Source: Nymphaea colorata (lineage: Eukaryota). Taken from it: a stretch of 64,000 nt of DNA. Of the stretch, positions 37,313-49,812 are shown piece after piece (the first letter of the stretch is position 1; the number at the start of each line of letters is the position of its first letter). The translations under genes were made by a program, and so were the position numbers. Under the pieces are notes generated by a model. The model did not search any database and was not told the DNA's origin. It saw only the letters and a program-made list of their open reading frames with translations. The stretch is taken from positions 35,340,001 through 35,404,000 of the forward strand of contig NC_045138.2 of NCBI RefSeq assembly GCF_008831285.2, written 5' to 3'.

Positions 37313-38297
37313 ATGGAAGACAGCGGTCCTTAAAGGGAAAATCTTACGTAGACTGAACCATAAATGGACTACTTAGTCTAGCTTCTTGTGGAGCATTCAC
37401 GCATGCCTTACAAGAAATCTGGTGGAGGTTTGAAGCCTAAAGCATACACAGCTATTGAAAAAACCATGATGAAAAGATTCAGTCCAGAATTCACTAAAGA
37501 GAAAATAAAAAACAAATTGAAGTATTCCAAACTCAACTTGTCAATCATGAAAGAAATGTTGAATACAAGTGGGTTTGGCTACGACCAAATTAACAAATGT
37601 ATTCAGGTCGACCCCCAAGTATGGAATGACTACATTGAGGTAAGTTAGACAATTCATACTATTAGGTTTTGTTTCACATGTCTTTACTTGTGCTTGTGCA
37701 ATATATGAACACATGAATTTTTTCAAAAATATCAGAATAGAAAATAGTACAGAGGACCAAAAGTATGGAGATACTATGATGAGTTCACCGAGGTCTATGA
37801 CAAATCTTATGCAACTGGAAAAGACGCAATCACATTGAACAACATGCTACATGATGACATTGAACCACTCCCATCTACACTTGCATCTCAGTCGACTCCT
37901 TTGTACATGCAACCTGATAGTGAACAATCATTCACACAGATGCTTAATGAAGATAGTCCCCTACAATCGTCAGCACCTCCAACTCTGACAACTTCTGACA
38001 AACAATACAACTACACGTAGGTAAAAAAGGAACAGGTCAACCAATGATGACGTATATTACAATTTGTTGAACGGTATAGCTCAGAATGTGGACACTTTCA
38101 CACATACTTGTAGAGGGTTTCAATATGTCAAATGTTGCGAAATTTTACAAGAGATGGTAGACATTGGGCTCCTAGATAGTCATACGCGACTGATGAGTAT
38201 GGACATGTTAGCAGAGGACACCAATTCCATGATCTTTGTCAACGTTCCACCTTCAAATTGGGTGACATGGTTGACGCGTAGACTTGTTGATTCGTAG
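37313..38297 (+). pseudogene. Harbinger ORF1, Myb/SANT-like DNA-binding protein (disrupted)
   Basis: NLT[W]TE..MDYLV..GGLKPKAY..KEKIKNKLK..NTSGFGYD..VWNDYIE; intron about 37640-37740; multiple premature stops. Confidence 0.8.
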
Positions 38298-38506
38298 GTA
38301 AGAGTTGATTGTTATACATTCAATTATTTGTATAATTCATGTCACGCAAAACATTTCTTGTGTGTTATTAGTATAATTCCATGATCTTCGATGTTGTTTG
38401 AAATTGTTATTGTTCATGCAATCTGTTCTTGTTCTTGTACTTAAACACATGTTTGAAATTATGTTATTCAATAAATTACCTTATATGTACATGCAGTTTA
38501 GTCCAA

Positions 38507-39725
38507 ATGATTGATCTTGAGATGTTGGATGACGACGATGAACAAGTGTTTTTCATCATTCGGCTAGTTTATGTCTTCATCTTCTCTTGGTTAAGAAGCC
38601 AGCCATCATCTAGGAGGATTGTTCATCCATTTAGAGATGCTGATACATCTTTTGTTCAACTTATGCTTGAAGGTCATCCTAAAAATTATTTGGACTTACT
38701 CCGTATGGAAGAGCATACATATATGAGATTGTGCAACATTCTAAGAGATAGAAATTTGTTGGAGGATGCTCGTGACATTACAGTAGAAGAACAAGTAGCT
38801 ATTTTGCTTTTGACAATTGGACATAATGAACGAAATCGTGCAGTTCAAAACACGTTTCAACATTCTGGATAAACAATAAGTAAATAGGTCAGCCTAGTCC
38901 TACGAGCGATATGTATATTGGGTAAGAATTACGTTTGACGGCCCAATGGAGAGAAGCCAGCGCATATTCGATAATCTAAACGATTCTTTCCATATTTTCA
39001 GGTAATTTCATCATCGTAAACTCAACATGACACATACAACATGACTAACCTGTATATATGCATATAAAATTGTTTAGGAGCAATCGATGGCACCCATGTA
39101 CTTGCATGAGTCTCAGCTTCAGATCAAGCAAGGTTTCGCAATAGAAAAGTATTCGTTTCTCAAAACGTCATGGCTGTAGTTGGATTCGACACTCGATTCC
39201 ACTACGTTTTGGCTGGATGGAAAGGAAGTGCAACAGACTCAAGAGTATTCTACAATGCACTTGATCATCAAACGGACCTGTTTGTTGTCCCAGAAGGTAC
39301 GTAGTTCCACCAACTAATGCACTCTTTTAACAAGCATGTAACAGTGTATAAATAAATTGTGTTCAATTGTAGACAAATATTATCTTGCTGATGGGGGATA
39401 TCCAAACATTGTCGGTTTGCTAACACTTTATCGAGGGCATCGTTATCATATATATGAGTTTAACACTCAGGGAGCACACTCACCTAGAACTAAAAAAGAA
39501 TTATTCAACCATAGACATTCATCACTCCGAAATATAGTCGAAAGAACTTTCGGCATGTTGAAAGGTGGTTTTTCAATATTGAAAATGCAAGTACAGTATG
39601 CATTTCAAAAACAAGCGCAAATTGTTCTTGCTATATGTGTATTGCATAACTTCATAATTGAACACAATCCAAATGCCGAGCAATTTGATAATGAAGATGC
39701 ACCTTCGAATGATAGTTTGTCTTAA
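38507..39725 (+). pseudogene. Harbinger transposase (HARBI1-like DDE nuclease), disrupted
   Basis: VEEQVAILLLTIGHNERNR..FQHSG, CLGAIDGTHV, AGWKGSATDSRV, KYYLADGGY, FNHRHSSLRNIVERTFGMLK, CVLHNFI; two introns (about 39002-39067 and 39297-39372); internal stops. Confidence 0.9.
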
Positions 39726-39905
39726 GCGAACCGAAAAATGCAAGCCAAACACATCAGCGATGAAGCAACAATTCTATGAGAGCAGCTATATCATCTCAAA
39801 TGTTATGTGATTATCAATTGAATAGTTAGTTTATTTATGAAGTTTGACTATTGTTTCATTTGATTGTTTGACATTTGTTTTGTTTTGAACAAGACAACAA
39901 AGATA

Positions 39906-40124
39906 ATGTCTCGCCAAAAGTATTATGTGGTTTTCGAAGGTCTTGAGCAAGACATATATGACAGTTGGGAGGGATGCCAACCATTAGTCTATCGGTACAA
40001 GGGAGCCCTCTTCAGATCGTTTGATTCATTCGAAGTAGCTAAGTATCACATGCATGAGTATGTCCACAACAAGTATGATGTAGGCCTCCACTCATTGAAG
40101 ATGTCATCGCAAAGCAAGATATAA
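39906..40124 (+). CDS. Transposon-borne small ORF with an RNase H1 N-terminal hybrid-binding (Cauli_VI-like) domain
   Basis: MSRQKYYVVFEGLEQDIYDSWEGCQPLVYRYKGALFRSFDSFEVA fits the pattern KYYxVxxGxxxGIYxSWxxCxxxVxxxxGAxxKSFxxxEEA. May be truncated or a pseudogene. Confidence 0.65.
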   Translation: MSRQKYYVVFEGLEQDIYDSWEGCQPLVYRYKGALFRSFDSFEVAKYHMHEYVHNKYDVGLHSLKMSSQSKI

Positions 40125-40494
40125 AAAGCACGAAGTTTGTTGAACGGAAGTGCAGCCACAAATGTTGGATTACTTGTTTTGTGATTGCATGTTTTCTTTG
40201 TTGGATATGTACTCATTAAACTTCTTTTTTTCTAGATAGTAGGGAATACAACCTTTTGTGGATTTGTACTCATTAAACTTTTGTGGACAGGTACTCATTA
40301 CACAGTTAAACCTGTATGGGTTAACTAATTTTGTTATCGTTACAAATTTTATTTCATCAACTATATTGCGATGTCATGGTCTTAACTGTGTTATTTCTTT
40401 TTACATAAAACTATTGTTGGTACTCTGTGCATCTTGTTGTTTTCTGGATGGTAGGAAATGCACCCTCAACATTTTGTTGTTTTGGAAGATGATC

Positions 40495-40775
40495 TACTCT
40501 GTGCATCAAATAGGATTAAATTTATCACGTAAAATTCTTCATATGCATCAAACATGGTTAAATTTACCACGTTAAATTCTTATGCATCAAACATGGTTAA
40601 ATTTACCACATTAAATTCTTTCTGTGCATCAAATAGGGTTAAATTTACCGCATTAAATTCTTCATGTGCATCAAACAGAGCCTTAGATTGGAAGAAGGAG
40701 AAATTTCATTTTATAAAATTTTTCAGAAAAATTTAACACGGTAAATTTACCACGTTAAATTCTTCTTGTGCAACA
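40495..40775. repeat. Harbinger 3' subterminal tandem array (about 40-bp units)
   Basis: Repeated (TGT)GCATCAAA.A.GGTTAAATTTACCAC.TTAAATTCTT units, 5-6 copies. Confidence 0.85.
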
Positions 40776-43700
40776 AAGGGGCCCTAGGTTAAGGGACAAA
40801 TGAAAGAAAAAAAAAAAAAGTAAAATAAGGGCTAATGGAGGAGCGAACAATGATCACATTATGTAACTTGTGTGGTTGGTGATTATTCAATGAGGACGAC
40901 CAAACTTAAGTGAGCATGTTCGCAGCCCCCTACCTGCTGGCAGGCGAATTTAGAATTTGGCAGACTAGTAAAGTAAGGGCAGAGCCTAAGGAGGAAAAAG
41001 AAAGAAAGAAAGAAAAAAAAAAGTGGGACGGGTCTATTCTTGTGTGGTTCCCATGAGGTCGATATCGCGTGCTTTAGTGATATGTTCCTTAATCTTCAGC
41101 ATTTTTCTCTTAAGACGGTGTCTGCACGTCTGGTCTCTCGATCTGAGGCGATTCTTATAGATGTCAAGAGGAGTCCTAGATTGGACGTCTGAAAAATGCA
41201 GGGAGCTGGGACACGAATTTGTATTCATACCAGCCTGTTTCCTCTTATTGGATATCCATGAGTTTGGTGGATAACAAAAATCTCAGAAAAATGGTCTCCA
41301 GGTTTCGTGGATTTCATGTGAAGGTCACATAAGATTTGACTCTACAATCCCAAATCTGATCAAGTAGTCAAAACGGAACGTCACAAAGACAAAGGATGCC
41401 AAAAGAAATTTGACTTTTCGACTAAGAAGGAAGGTAGTAACTTTTTGAAGATCACTATCATAGAGTTTTTGTCTAGAAAAAAAGGCAAAATTAAACAAAA
41501 ATGAGAACATTCTCGTCTTTTTCTAAAGAAAATTTAAGAATGGCACTCATAAATTTGCTTCCGTATACGAAAATCCGTTGCCTTCCATTTCTTGCCAGTC
41601 AACACTGCGTACAATAATTGGTGGGACCCATGTGTCCATTATTTTGTTGTAATGAATGGGAAGGAAAACCCAAAAAAAAAAAAACTACACTGGGAGGATT
41701 TCTCCATGAAGGATGACGTGTGCCGCAGGAATTTTTGAAGTTGAAGATTTGAGCACCTTTTCCTCAATCGGTGGGTCCTATCGATCCTTGGGAAGATTAA
41801 AACCAACGCAAAGGTCCACTTGCATGCTGTGACTGAGTGCCTCTTCCGCTGAGACGAGACGAGATCCCAAGTACCAAGACCGAGTGAATAATTCTCCAGG
41901 TCCTTCTCATCTAATTAATTTTTTTCTTTTTCATCCAAAAAAGGATGTTGAGTTTTCTTTTATTGCTCCAGATTGTTTCTCTCCAACGTTGCAGTAGCCG
42001 CGTGGTGAGCACAGAGCAAACCCGTTCTTTCCTCCGTTTCAAGAGAAAAAGAAAAAATTCATGCCTCAGACAAGAAAAAACGAAGTAAAGGATATCGTCC
42101 ATTTTTGTGATATATATTGAACCTAACGGGATTCCATCCGTTCATGTGGGCGAGCGCTACCGGCGGAGCAGCTGCAGTCGCCAACCTGCCACCGAGTTGG
42201 GATTCCAAATCAGGGAGAAGAAGAAAGAAAAGGGATTTGATTTCACCTATTTTCTGTGATATCGAGTCCCTTGTTATCGTGTGGACGAGAAAGTCATGGA
42301 CAATTGATGGTTCGTTTCACATGTATGCATGAGGTTCCAATGATCGGCGGAGGAAGGGAACTGATGTTTGTTTGTGCAGAAAAGGAGGGATATAGGGCTC
42401 CCTTTTCCTCCATCTCCTGATCGTACCGTAGTAGCATGGTCAATTTCCTCCATCCATTGTTAGTTCATGTCATTTCGTCTCCAAAAAGGTTACTCGCCAA
42501 CCGGGAAGAAACTTCAAGATATATAATATGCCCCCTTTCCCTCCCGTAGTAATTGGTCCTGTCTTTCCAGGAAATTGAAACACTAAGCCAGCCAGGAGTG
42601 TCCGCATTTCTTAGTATTTTATTCACTCCAGAATTTTTCTAGTTGGTGTTAGTCTCCCTCCTTGAAAACCTTTCTACTGGTTAGATCTGTTGCATATCTA
42701 GCATCTGAAATTAATTTGGTCAATTACGTGTTCAACTTCATTTGGTCTGGGTCGCACTTTGATTTGAATCCAAGCTTAAATAACTCTGAACTCTGTCTTC
42801 CACAATCCTCGGGGCGTATTTGATTCACGGTACATCCTTCACTCCGTGTGAGGAGTATTCCTTATCTTAAATAACCTTCTCTGTGAACAACGTCGCTTCC
42901 TGTGTTGAAGAAAAAGCGATTTGAGTTAGACCTGTAAATGCATGACTTTCTTTTCTTTTTTTCTCTCTAATTTTGACCGTGGAGCGAGAAGTTATCCGGG
43001 GTGAGGACCACGGTTCTCTGTCAAAGGATTTCATGAAGGACATTTTTTCTACCACGATCGAGGATCCATGTAACAATTCGAACTTGAATCATTGGTCGCC
43101 CATATGTGTCTCTTGGGAGACATCCGATTGCCTATATGTTTTTTCTGTTAATTAATCAATTAAGCGCTTCCAGACCGTTGATTCGGATGACATCCATTTT
43201 GCCGTAAGCTCAGGCAAAACCACCTCAACATCCATTTAAGACGGTCCTAAATTAAAGAGTGAGAGAACGAGCGGTTTCCAACGACAAAGAAGCCTATCTA
43301 GCTAGCTAATGTATGTGGAGAGGGTTGTGACAGATCACAGGCGTCGTATTCGCAGCATCACGACGCGTTCGAGAGTTGAAGCATCTTACTCCTCTTGAAC
43401 AGACGCTATCGCTATAATGTTGGGACGAAGGCCGATCGAAGGGGCGGGAAGCACCTTCTTCTTCTTTTTCTTCTTCTTCTTCTTCTTCTTCTTCTTCTGG
43501 CTTTTGGTGGTGTTGGTTAGATAGTGACCAGGTCGTGAAACCATGTGCACGACCACGTGAGGATGGCGACCCTTCGCCGCTTAGGACAAAAGCTTGCCAA
43601 CCGAAAGCCCGTCATAAGTCCAAAGATCATCTCAGTTCTTACTCAGTAAAAGAAGTATAGCCAAGGAGTCGTCAGATATCTCTTTCTGCCCGTGTGGAAT

Positions 43701-46007
43701 TACATAACTCACCTCTTATCTCTCGAGCACAGACGTACAAAGCCCCTCATTCCTGTCACTAGTCATCACAGTCATTGATCTTGGTCGTCTACCATTGTGT
43801 ATAGCTGTCACATAATGGGCACAATCTGTATCGGATCTACCACCTTATTGCCTCACTCCAAACTTAGATAGGATAGTTTTTCATCGGTAACAGCAAAAAA
43901 TGAACCTTTGATCATTTGATTACGGAATGAGACCCGTCGAATGACAATTATTAGCTCTTAATCGGTCTCATATTGTATTGCATTTGGTGTTTCGCTCAAA
44001 ATTGTCGCAGTCCTGCTGATGTGCTTATCCTTGTGCATCTACTAACTGCCAGCGGGTCCGCTACTGCAAATGTTAGAACTTGACTTTGAGATATCTGCAG
44101 AAACATGATTTGTGTTTCTTCTCAAAGGCAACCCTCATTTTCGTTGGTCTAAATCAGATTCGTCTGATTTATACGTTAGGAGATGCATCTCTCTCTCTCA
44201 ATGAGAGTGCAGGTGTAAGAGTCCGGGCAGACGGGGAATTTAGTATTTTATCACAGTACCCAGATCACCGCAGTCACTCCTTTATTCCTTCTTTTAACAT
44301 CTGATAACTACATTTAATGTTCCAGCCTCTGGAAGATATTGTGAGAGAAGTGGCTGCCATATAAATGCTTCAAAGGTTATGCCAGTCGGCGAGGTAAGAA
44401 ACGAAAAGGAAACCAATGGACGCTTGAGAAAAGTAGAATCTGGCAATACATCTAAAGTAGGGATCGGAAGAAGATTGATTCATTAGCAAGTGGGAGATCA
44501 TCAAACCTTAACTATTAATGCAGGAGAGACAAGACAAGAAATCTTAACCAACATATATAAACTTCCAATCATGGACTATATAACTCAATCTTTTTTTATT
44601 TGATGAACAAAAAAAAACATCTACGGAAACTTGAAATATTGCAGCATCCAAAAGAACAGGAGGAAGACAGTGAAGAGATAAAAGTGTTAACTAAGACCAA
44701 GAATGTATTTACTATTTCACTTGCTCTTCTTGGACGTAAAGTCCAGCCCTTTCCCTGAGTTGTGCATAAATGGATTTCAATCATGGCCTCGGCTTCCAGT
44801 AGCGAGCACATAATTATACAACTTGTCACTTAGAGATTACGGTTGGTTGATGAACTATTGCAAACCCTTCAGCCACGTCGTGAAGTGGAATAATAACGAG
44901 CTAACGTTGGGTTCAAGGTGAAGTTGGATGAGAAATTTACTATGGGGACTAAAAGTGTTGAGAGTAATACTCTTGCAATTGACGGAACAGCAAATCCAAG
45001 GCCAACTTGGTAATTTTAAGGGTGGCAGCAAGTCTTGTCCGGGGGAAACGTGGTGGAGAATTGGCCGCGCGTTCCTTTCAAGGTCTCAAAATTTTATATA
45101 CACGACGACCAGCGGGCTTCGGATGACAATCGGAACCCACGTCCCAATCATTGACACATTGTTTCTCTCTCTCTCTCTCTCACCTAAGTTAAAATCAGCA
45201 CCATCATCAAAGCAGAAGATGAAACTTCGCTGTATTTGGTTTCGTGTCTAAACAGATTAATTGCTCTAGTGCTAGAACTAAATAAAACGACCCAAACAAA
45301 AGGAGGACAAAATGTCAGTAAAACTTTCACTTACATGAATACTGGCGCAAACAACAAAATTGCATTTTCAAAACGGGAACTCTTCTTGAAGCAGTTGGTG
45401 GGTGCAACTATAGGAAGTTGCAGCTTTCTGTTATATTCGATTGTTCGTCTTATGTTAATGGAGGCAGAAAAAGTGATACACAGTTTAGTAAATTGTGTAA
45501 CTAGTCGCGCTCCCGGACAAATAGGCTATACATACTGGCAACGCCCACACAGAAAATGATCTGCATCGTGGATGCAGAATTATGAGTTCTGCATGCGCTG
45601 TCAGCAGACTCCAAGCTTGCACAAGCAGAAAAAGATTCGGGACAAGTTGGAGGGCCCAATGCTATCCCTGCACAAGCCCGGCTGCATGTGGCGTACTAAT
45701 CTCTGTAGCCCATATTTCCAACCTAGACGCTTCTGCATCGCTCTCTCGATCAGGCCATAATTAGGACCTGTGACGTGATTAAAGCCGTGATGTGCATGGC
45801 TGGTTGGGACAGGAGGCAAGGTTCATTTCAGACAATTATATGTTCAAGTAAGTAACAAACTGCATGCATTTTCTCGTTGCTGTAGAGAGGTAGAGAGAGC
45901 GAGAGAGAGAGAAGCAGGCTCCTGTAAATTTCTAAATCTTACGCTGAGCAGTACGTTTACACAGAGTATGGAATCCCTGCTTCCCAAATCAAGCAAAGAG
46001 AGTCTCT

Positions 46008-46014
<7 letters not shown>

Positions 46015-46105
<91 letters not shown>
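46015..46105. repeat. Compound (TC)n(TA)n(GA)n microsatellite
   Basis: Read directly; near self-complementary. Confidence 0.95.
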
Positions 46106-48135
46106 AATTGTAGGTGTTAAACCTTTAAATGGTAGACGGATGAAGAAGAATCTCAACATTTGAACTTTTTTTAAATGGGCCAGCAAAGAGAAAAACAAGA
46201 AAAAGAAAAGTGATGGAACATTTTCATTATCTAGTATTTATTTCACACAATTTTTTTTTCATGTCGTGCTCTCAATCATTAATATGAAATATTACATATG
46301 CCAAATTCAATTTATATTATACCGCATGGAAGTTAAATACCACGTTTACGGCCTGTGAAATTGTCAGCATAATATAATGAGTTGGACATCCACATACAAT
46401 TAGAGCCACAGCCCATCGCCTCTGCCTTTGGAGGCATTGAAATCATTATTGGATCATCTGCCTCAAAGTTTCAGTGACGCATGCTAACAAAATTTGCATT
46501 ACGTTTGGAGTTGATGGAATTCAACTGCTTAAGAGACACTGAAATACGTTTCCATCTTTCGCAGACAACCGACAAGTGGTCACTATTAGCAAATTAATCA
46601 CGACCACTAATCGGTTGCCACAACAAAAGAAATGACTTTTTGAAAAGGTTTTCAACGTCGTTTCTGCCTTCGATCGAAAAGCTATATTTGACATAACTTG
46701 TCACTTCGTTCAACCAGTTATTGGTTAGTCAAAATCGGCTTCTGATATTATATATATGACGTTAAACTTACTAGAGAATACAGAAAAAATTTCACTAGAT
46801 TAACTAATTATTATTCCAAAGCGTTGATGGTATGTAAAATGTGAAGCCATAGCGACATCCGTCGACCATTTCATGTCAAGAAAATTACTTTTTAAGTGTT
46901 ATGAACAATGTTTGCTCTTCATTTTTCATAAAGATGCACTATAGAGTTCATAATGTTTTTCATAATTTGCGAATCAAAGCAAACAGAAAACAGAAAGTTT
47001 CATTTAGCAAAAGCACGCATGCGTTACTCAGGAAAGCGAATTTTCTCAGCCAGGATAGCTTCTAAAAGAATATAAAATTCTAGTGAACTAGTCTGAATGT
47101 GCGCGTCCACCACCTGCGATGGCCGCCGCTTAAGTCCTTTTCGTGCACTTATGACATAATCGTAGGGCCAATAGGTATAGAATCCCACATTCCGTTCTCT
47201 GAAACAACGGGTTTATCTCTCAGCTAGTGCAGTTTTAAATAGATTATCTAGTGATTTCACTTCACAGTTGTAATCTAATCAATCCGCTTTTGGAATAGCT
47301 ACTTGTAGAGATAGATATATCTTCACGTACGTACCCTTGATGGTTCACTGTATTTTGTCCTTTTTCTTTTCCGAATATTTCGACATTCACATTCGGAATT
47401 GACGGGTACGTGTTTATGAACCATGTTATAAACAATTCAATACCGATCGATATCTAAGGCGTGAGGAACATGTGGAGTGCATACGAGCTCATCCATGGCA
47501 TAGGATACCGAAGCCCCTTTTTGTTTTGTTGTATGGTTTTCTTTTCTTTTTGGTCGCAACTCCACCATGTAGTCTCCAACTTGCCGACGGCCAGCGGCTT
47601 TGCCGGGGGCATCTTAATTCATTCAGTGTTGCCCTACATGGGTGGGTGTGCATCTTCTGCGCCTTCACAGGACGAGCAAACGGGTTATCCCCTTGTGTGC
47701 CATTGATTGGTTGATGGGGGGGCCGACACGTTATCGCCTATAGGAGTAAAAGAAAAAGAAGGCAATCTATAGGAGCAATATTTAATCTTTCGAAGGACGG
47801 GGGACGGTAGTAAATAAGGCAGGCAGCATGGAATTTCCAAACAGTGACGCGTCGAAAAGGAATAGGGCAGTTTGGTCTCTTACTTTGAGCAGTCCCCATT
47901 CCCCTACCACCCATAGCCTGCTCATAGACGCCAGCCAGCACCCACACTCACGTAGTCGGACGCATATAAGACAGACACCGTGTGTCTGCAACTGCAAGGA
48001 AGGAAGGGCCACAGTGCAGAGAGAAGAGAGTGTAAGCCACACTGCTTTCGGGCAGAAAACGCTTCCTTCCTAAAGAGGCTGCCGTCTTCTTCCTTCTCGT
48101 TTTTTAACCTCGACGGCGAGGTGACCTTCTGCAGC

Positions 48136-49812
48136 ATGGAGCGCTTCACGGTTGCCGCCGATCGTGGCCTCCCTGTCCTCGACATCAAGGAGATCCCACC
48201 TTCCTATTCTCCCATCTCCACCAACCCCCGCCTTCGAGACGCTTCTTTCTCGTCTTTTCTTGCTTCCGACCTACCCAGACCCGTGAACTCCAAACTCAGT
48301 TCCGACCCTTCTCATAGGAAGACCACCCAACCGGAGACGGACGGGCGCCCAAGTGAGGACCTGGAGATAAGCATATTCGGAGCTGAGAAGTACTACAGCG
48401 GCAGCCCTGGACGCGTGGGACTACCTAAGATGCCGCCGGAGAAGGACGCGTACCTCTGGAACGCCAAACTTGGGCGGAACGGAGGATTGTCGGAGTTTCT
48501 TCCTGGACCGAATGCGAACAGGGCGTCTTCCGTCTCGTCGGTCGAAGGGTACGAGCGGAATTACCGCTGCACCCCTACGGCATCCTCCGAGGCCAGTTGG
48601 AACAGCCAATCAGGTCTGTTGAAGAACCCTCCCGGTTCGATCCGGCTCTCGGTGAGGAATCTGCGGCCCCGCGATAAGAAGCCGGCGAGCGGCTCCGGGA
48701 GGTGGCGGTTCGGACGGCAATGCCCCTGCATCTGCAAGAAATCCATCGCCGTCGAGGAGAACTGCGCCAGCCCCTCAAGGCTTTCGTCCGTGCCGAATAG
48801 TCCTTTGGCAGCTAGGAAGCAAGCCGTCGAGGACGAGCCGCGGAAGCCCGTCATCTCCGTCGAATCTCTTGCCCCTCCAAGGACGCCGAAGATGACTGTG
48901 GTTGCTGGCATGCCGACTCCAGGCGACAATTTCGGTCCGTATGCTCCCGACATCTGCTACCGCACGGAAATCGGCCGCCAGATGAATTGCTCTGGCGGAT
49001 CCTTCCTCGGGGAAGAGCCTCCCTTCTCCTTCCCCGTCCTTCAGGTCAACGGGCGGACCACCGCAGCTCCGCTGGACGATCCGCAACGCGATTCCATCGA
49101 CGTTTACAGCCCCAAGGAGCCAACCCGGCGTCTGGTGAATCTTACGGCCCAAAGCCCGCGCGGCGGCGTGACCTTCCCGGTCGCCCGCGACGACGATTGC
49201 GGGAGCGACTCCAGCTCGGACCTCTTCGAGATCGAGAGTCTGTCGACCACCGCCACGTCGACGTGCCCGATATACCGCAGGCGCGACTCCTTGGATGACC
49301 TGGCAAATGTGGCGGTGGCATGCCGAGGGAGCGGGACCTTGCAGCTCCGGCGAAGCCTGGACGGCACATCTACCCCGCCGGTAGCACCCAGCGAGTGCTA
49401 CGCACCCAGTGAGGCCAGCGTGGAGTGGAGCGTCACCACCGCCGAGGGGTTCGATCAGGCGAGCTGCGCGAACTTCTCTTCGGCCGTGTCGGAGTTCGGT
49501 GAGGCCGCCATTGCCCGACCGGATACGGCTAGGCCGCCTGCGGCTCTGCCCTGGCGGGGAGGCGACCTGCTGGGTTGTCGGCGAGTGAAGTCGGTCAGCG
49601 TTGCCGTGCCGCAGGCCAAGTGCGCGCCGGAGACGCGACCGAGGCCGCCCCTGCCTTTCCCTATGGAGGCGGCCCGCGAAGCAGGGGCGCCGGTGCGGCT
49701 GGAGATCCGTGCGCCAGAGATCAAAATCATGCACGTGCCGGAGAAGAGGCCACTGGCACGGCCTCGTGCCACCGCGTTTCCTCATGCCCTTGCAGCGCGT
49801 GTGGTGAGTTGA
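48136..49812 (+). CDS. PKS4: PHYTOCHROME KINASE SUBSTRATE family protein (PKS4-like), 558 aa, intronless
   Basis: PKS motifs in order: EISIFGAEKYY, TPTASSEASWNSQSGLL, CPCICKKSIAV, FSFPVL, DDDCGSDSSSDLFEIES, ECYAPSEASVEWSVTTA, LLGCR..KSVSVA. ATG in GCAGCATGG context; TATA-like CATATAAG near 47963; GC-rich coding composition. Confidence 0.88.
   Translation: MERFTVAADRGLPVLDIKEIPPSYSPISTNPRLRDASFSSFLASDLPRPVNSKLSSDPSHRKTTQPETDGRPSEDLEISIFGAEKYYSGSPGRVGLPKMPPEKDAYLWNAKLGRNGGLSEFLPGPNANRASSVSSVEGYERNYRCTPTASSEASWNSQSGLLKNPPGSIRLSVRNLRPRDKKPASGSGRWRFGRQCPCICKKSIAVEENCASPSRLSSVPNSPLAARKQAVEDEPRKPVISVESLAPPRTPKMTVVAGMPTPGDNFGPYAPDICYRTEIGRQMNCSGGSFLGEEPPFSFPVLQVNGRTTAAPLDDPQRDSIDVYSPKEPTRRLVNLTAQSPRGGVTFPVARDDDCGSDSSSDLFEIESLSTTATSTCPIYRRRDSLDDLANVAVACRGSGTLQLRRSLDGTSTPPVAPSECYAPSEASVEWSVTTAEGFDQASCANFSSAVSEFGEAAIARPDTARPPAALPWRGGDLLGCRRVKSVSVAVPQAKCAPETRPRPPLPFPMEAAREAGAPVRLEIRAPEIKIMHVPEKRPLARPRATAFPHALAARVVS

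Larger units (their letters stand above)
35057..40784 (+). mobile_element. PIF/Harbinger DNA transposon, full length, inactivated
   Basis: TIR GGGCCCATTTG ... CAAAGGGGCCC; 3-bp TAG duplicated on both sides; palindromic subterminal repeats; Myb/SANT and DDE transposase genes in tandem. Confidence 0.88.

Noticed and set aside
40495..40775. Regularly spaced repeats resembling a CRISPR array
   Set aside because: Units are head to tail with no unique spacers, there are no cas genes, and the context is eukaryotic. They are Harbinger subterminal repeats.
45905..45985. GAGAAGCAGG...CCTGCTTC resembling a miR164 hairpin
   Set aside because: Only about 10 nt match the mature miR164 as I recall it, and pairing is too short for a miRNA/miRNA* duplex.
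41000..47900. Short ORFs in the long intergenic region upstream of PKS4
   Set aside because: No recognisable domains, codon bias or consistent exon chain; treated as regulatory or intergenic DNA.
47980..48135. 52-aa N-terminal extension of the PKS ORF; likewise the GTG starts at 11437 and 13016
   Set aside because: Non-ATG starts from the ORF caller; the PKS extension lies just downstream of the TATA-like box and reads as 5' UTR.
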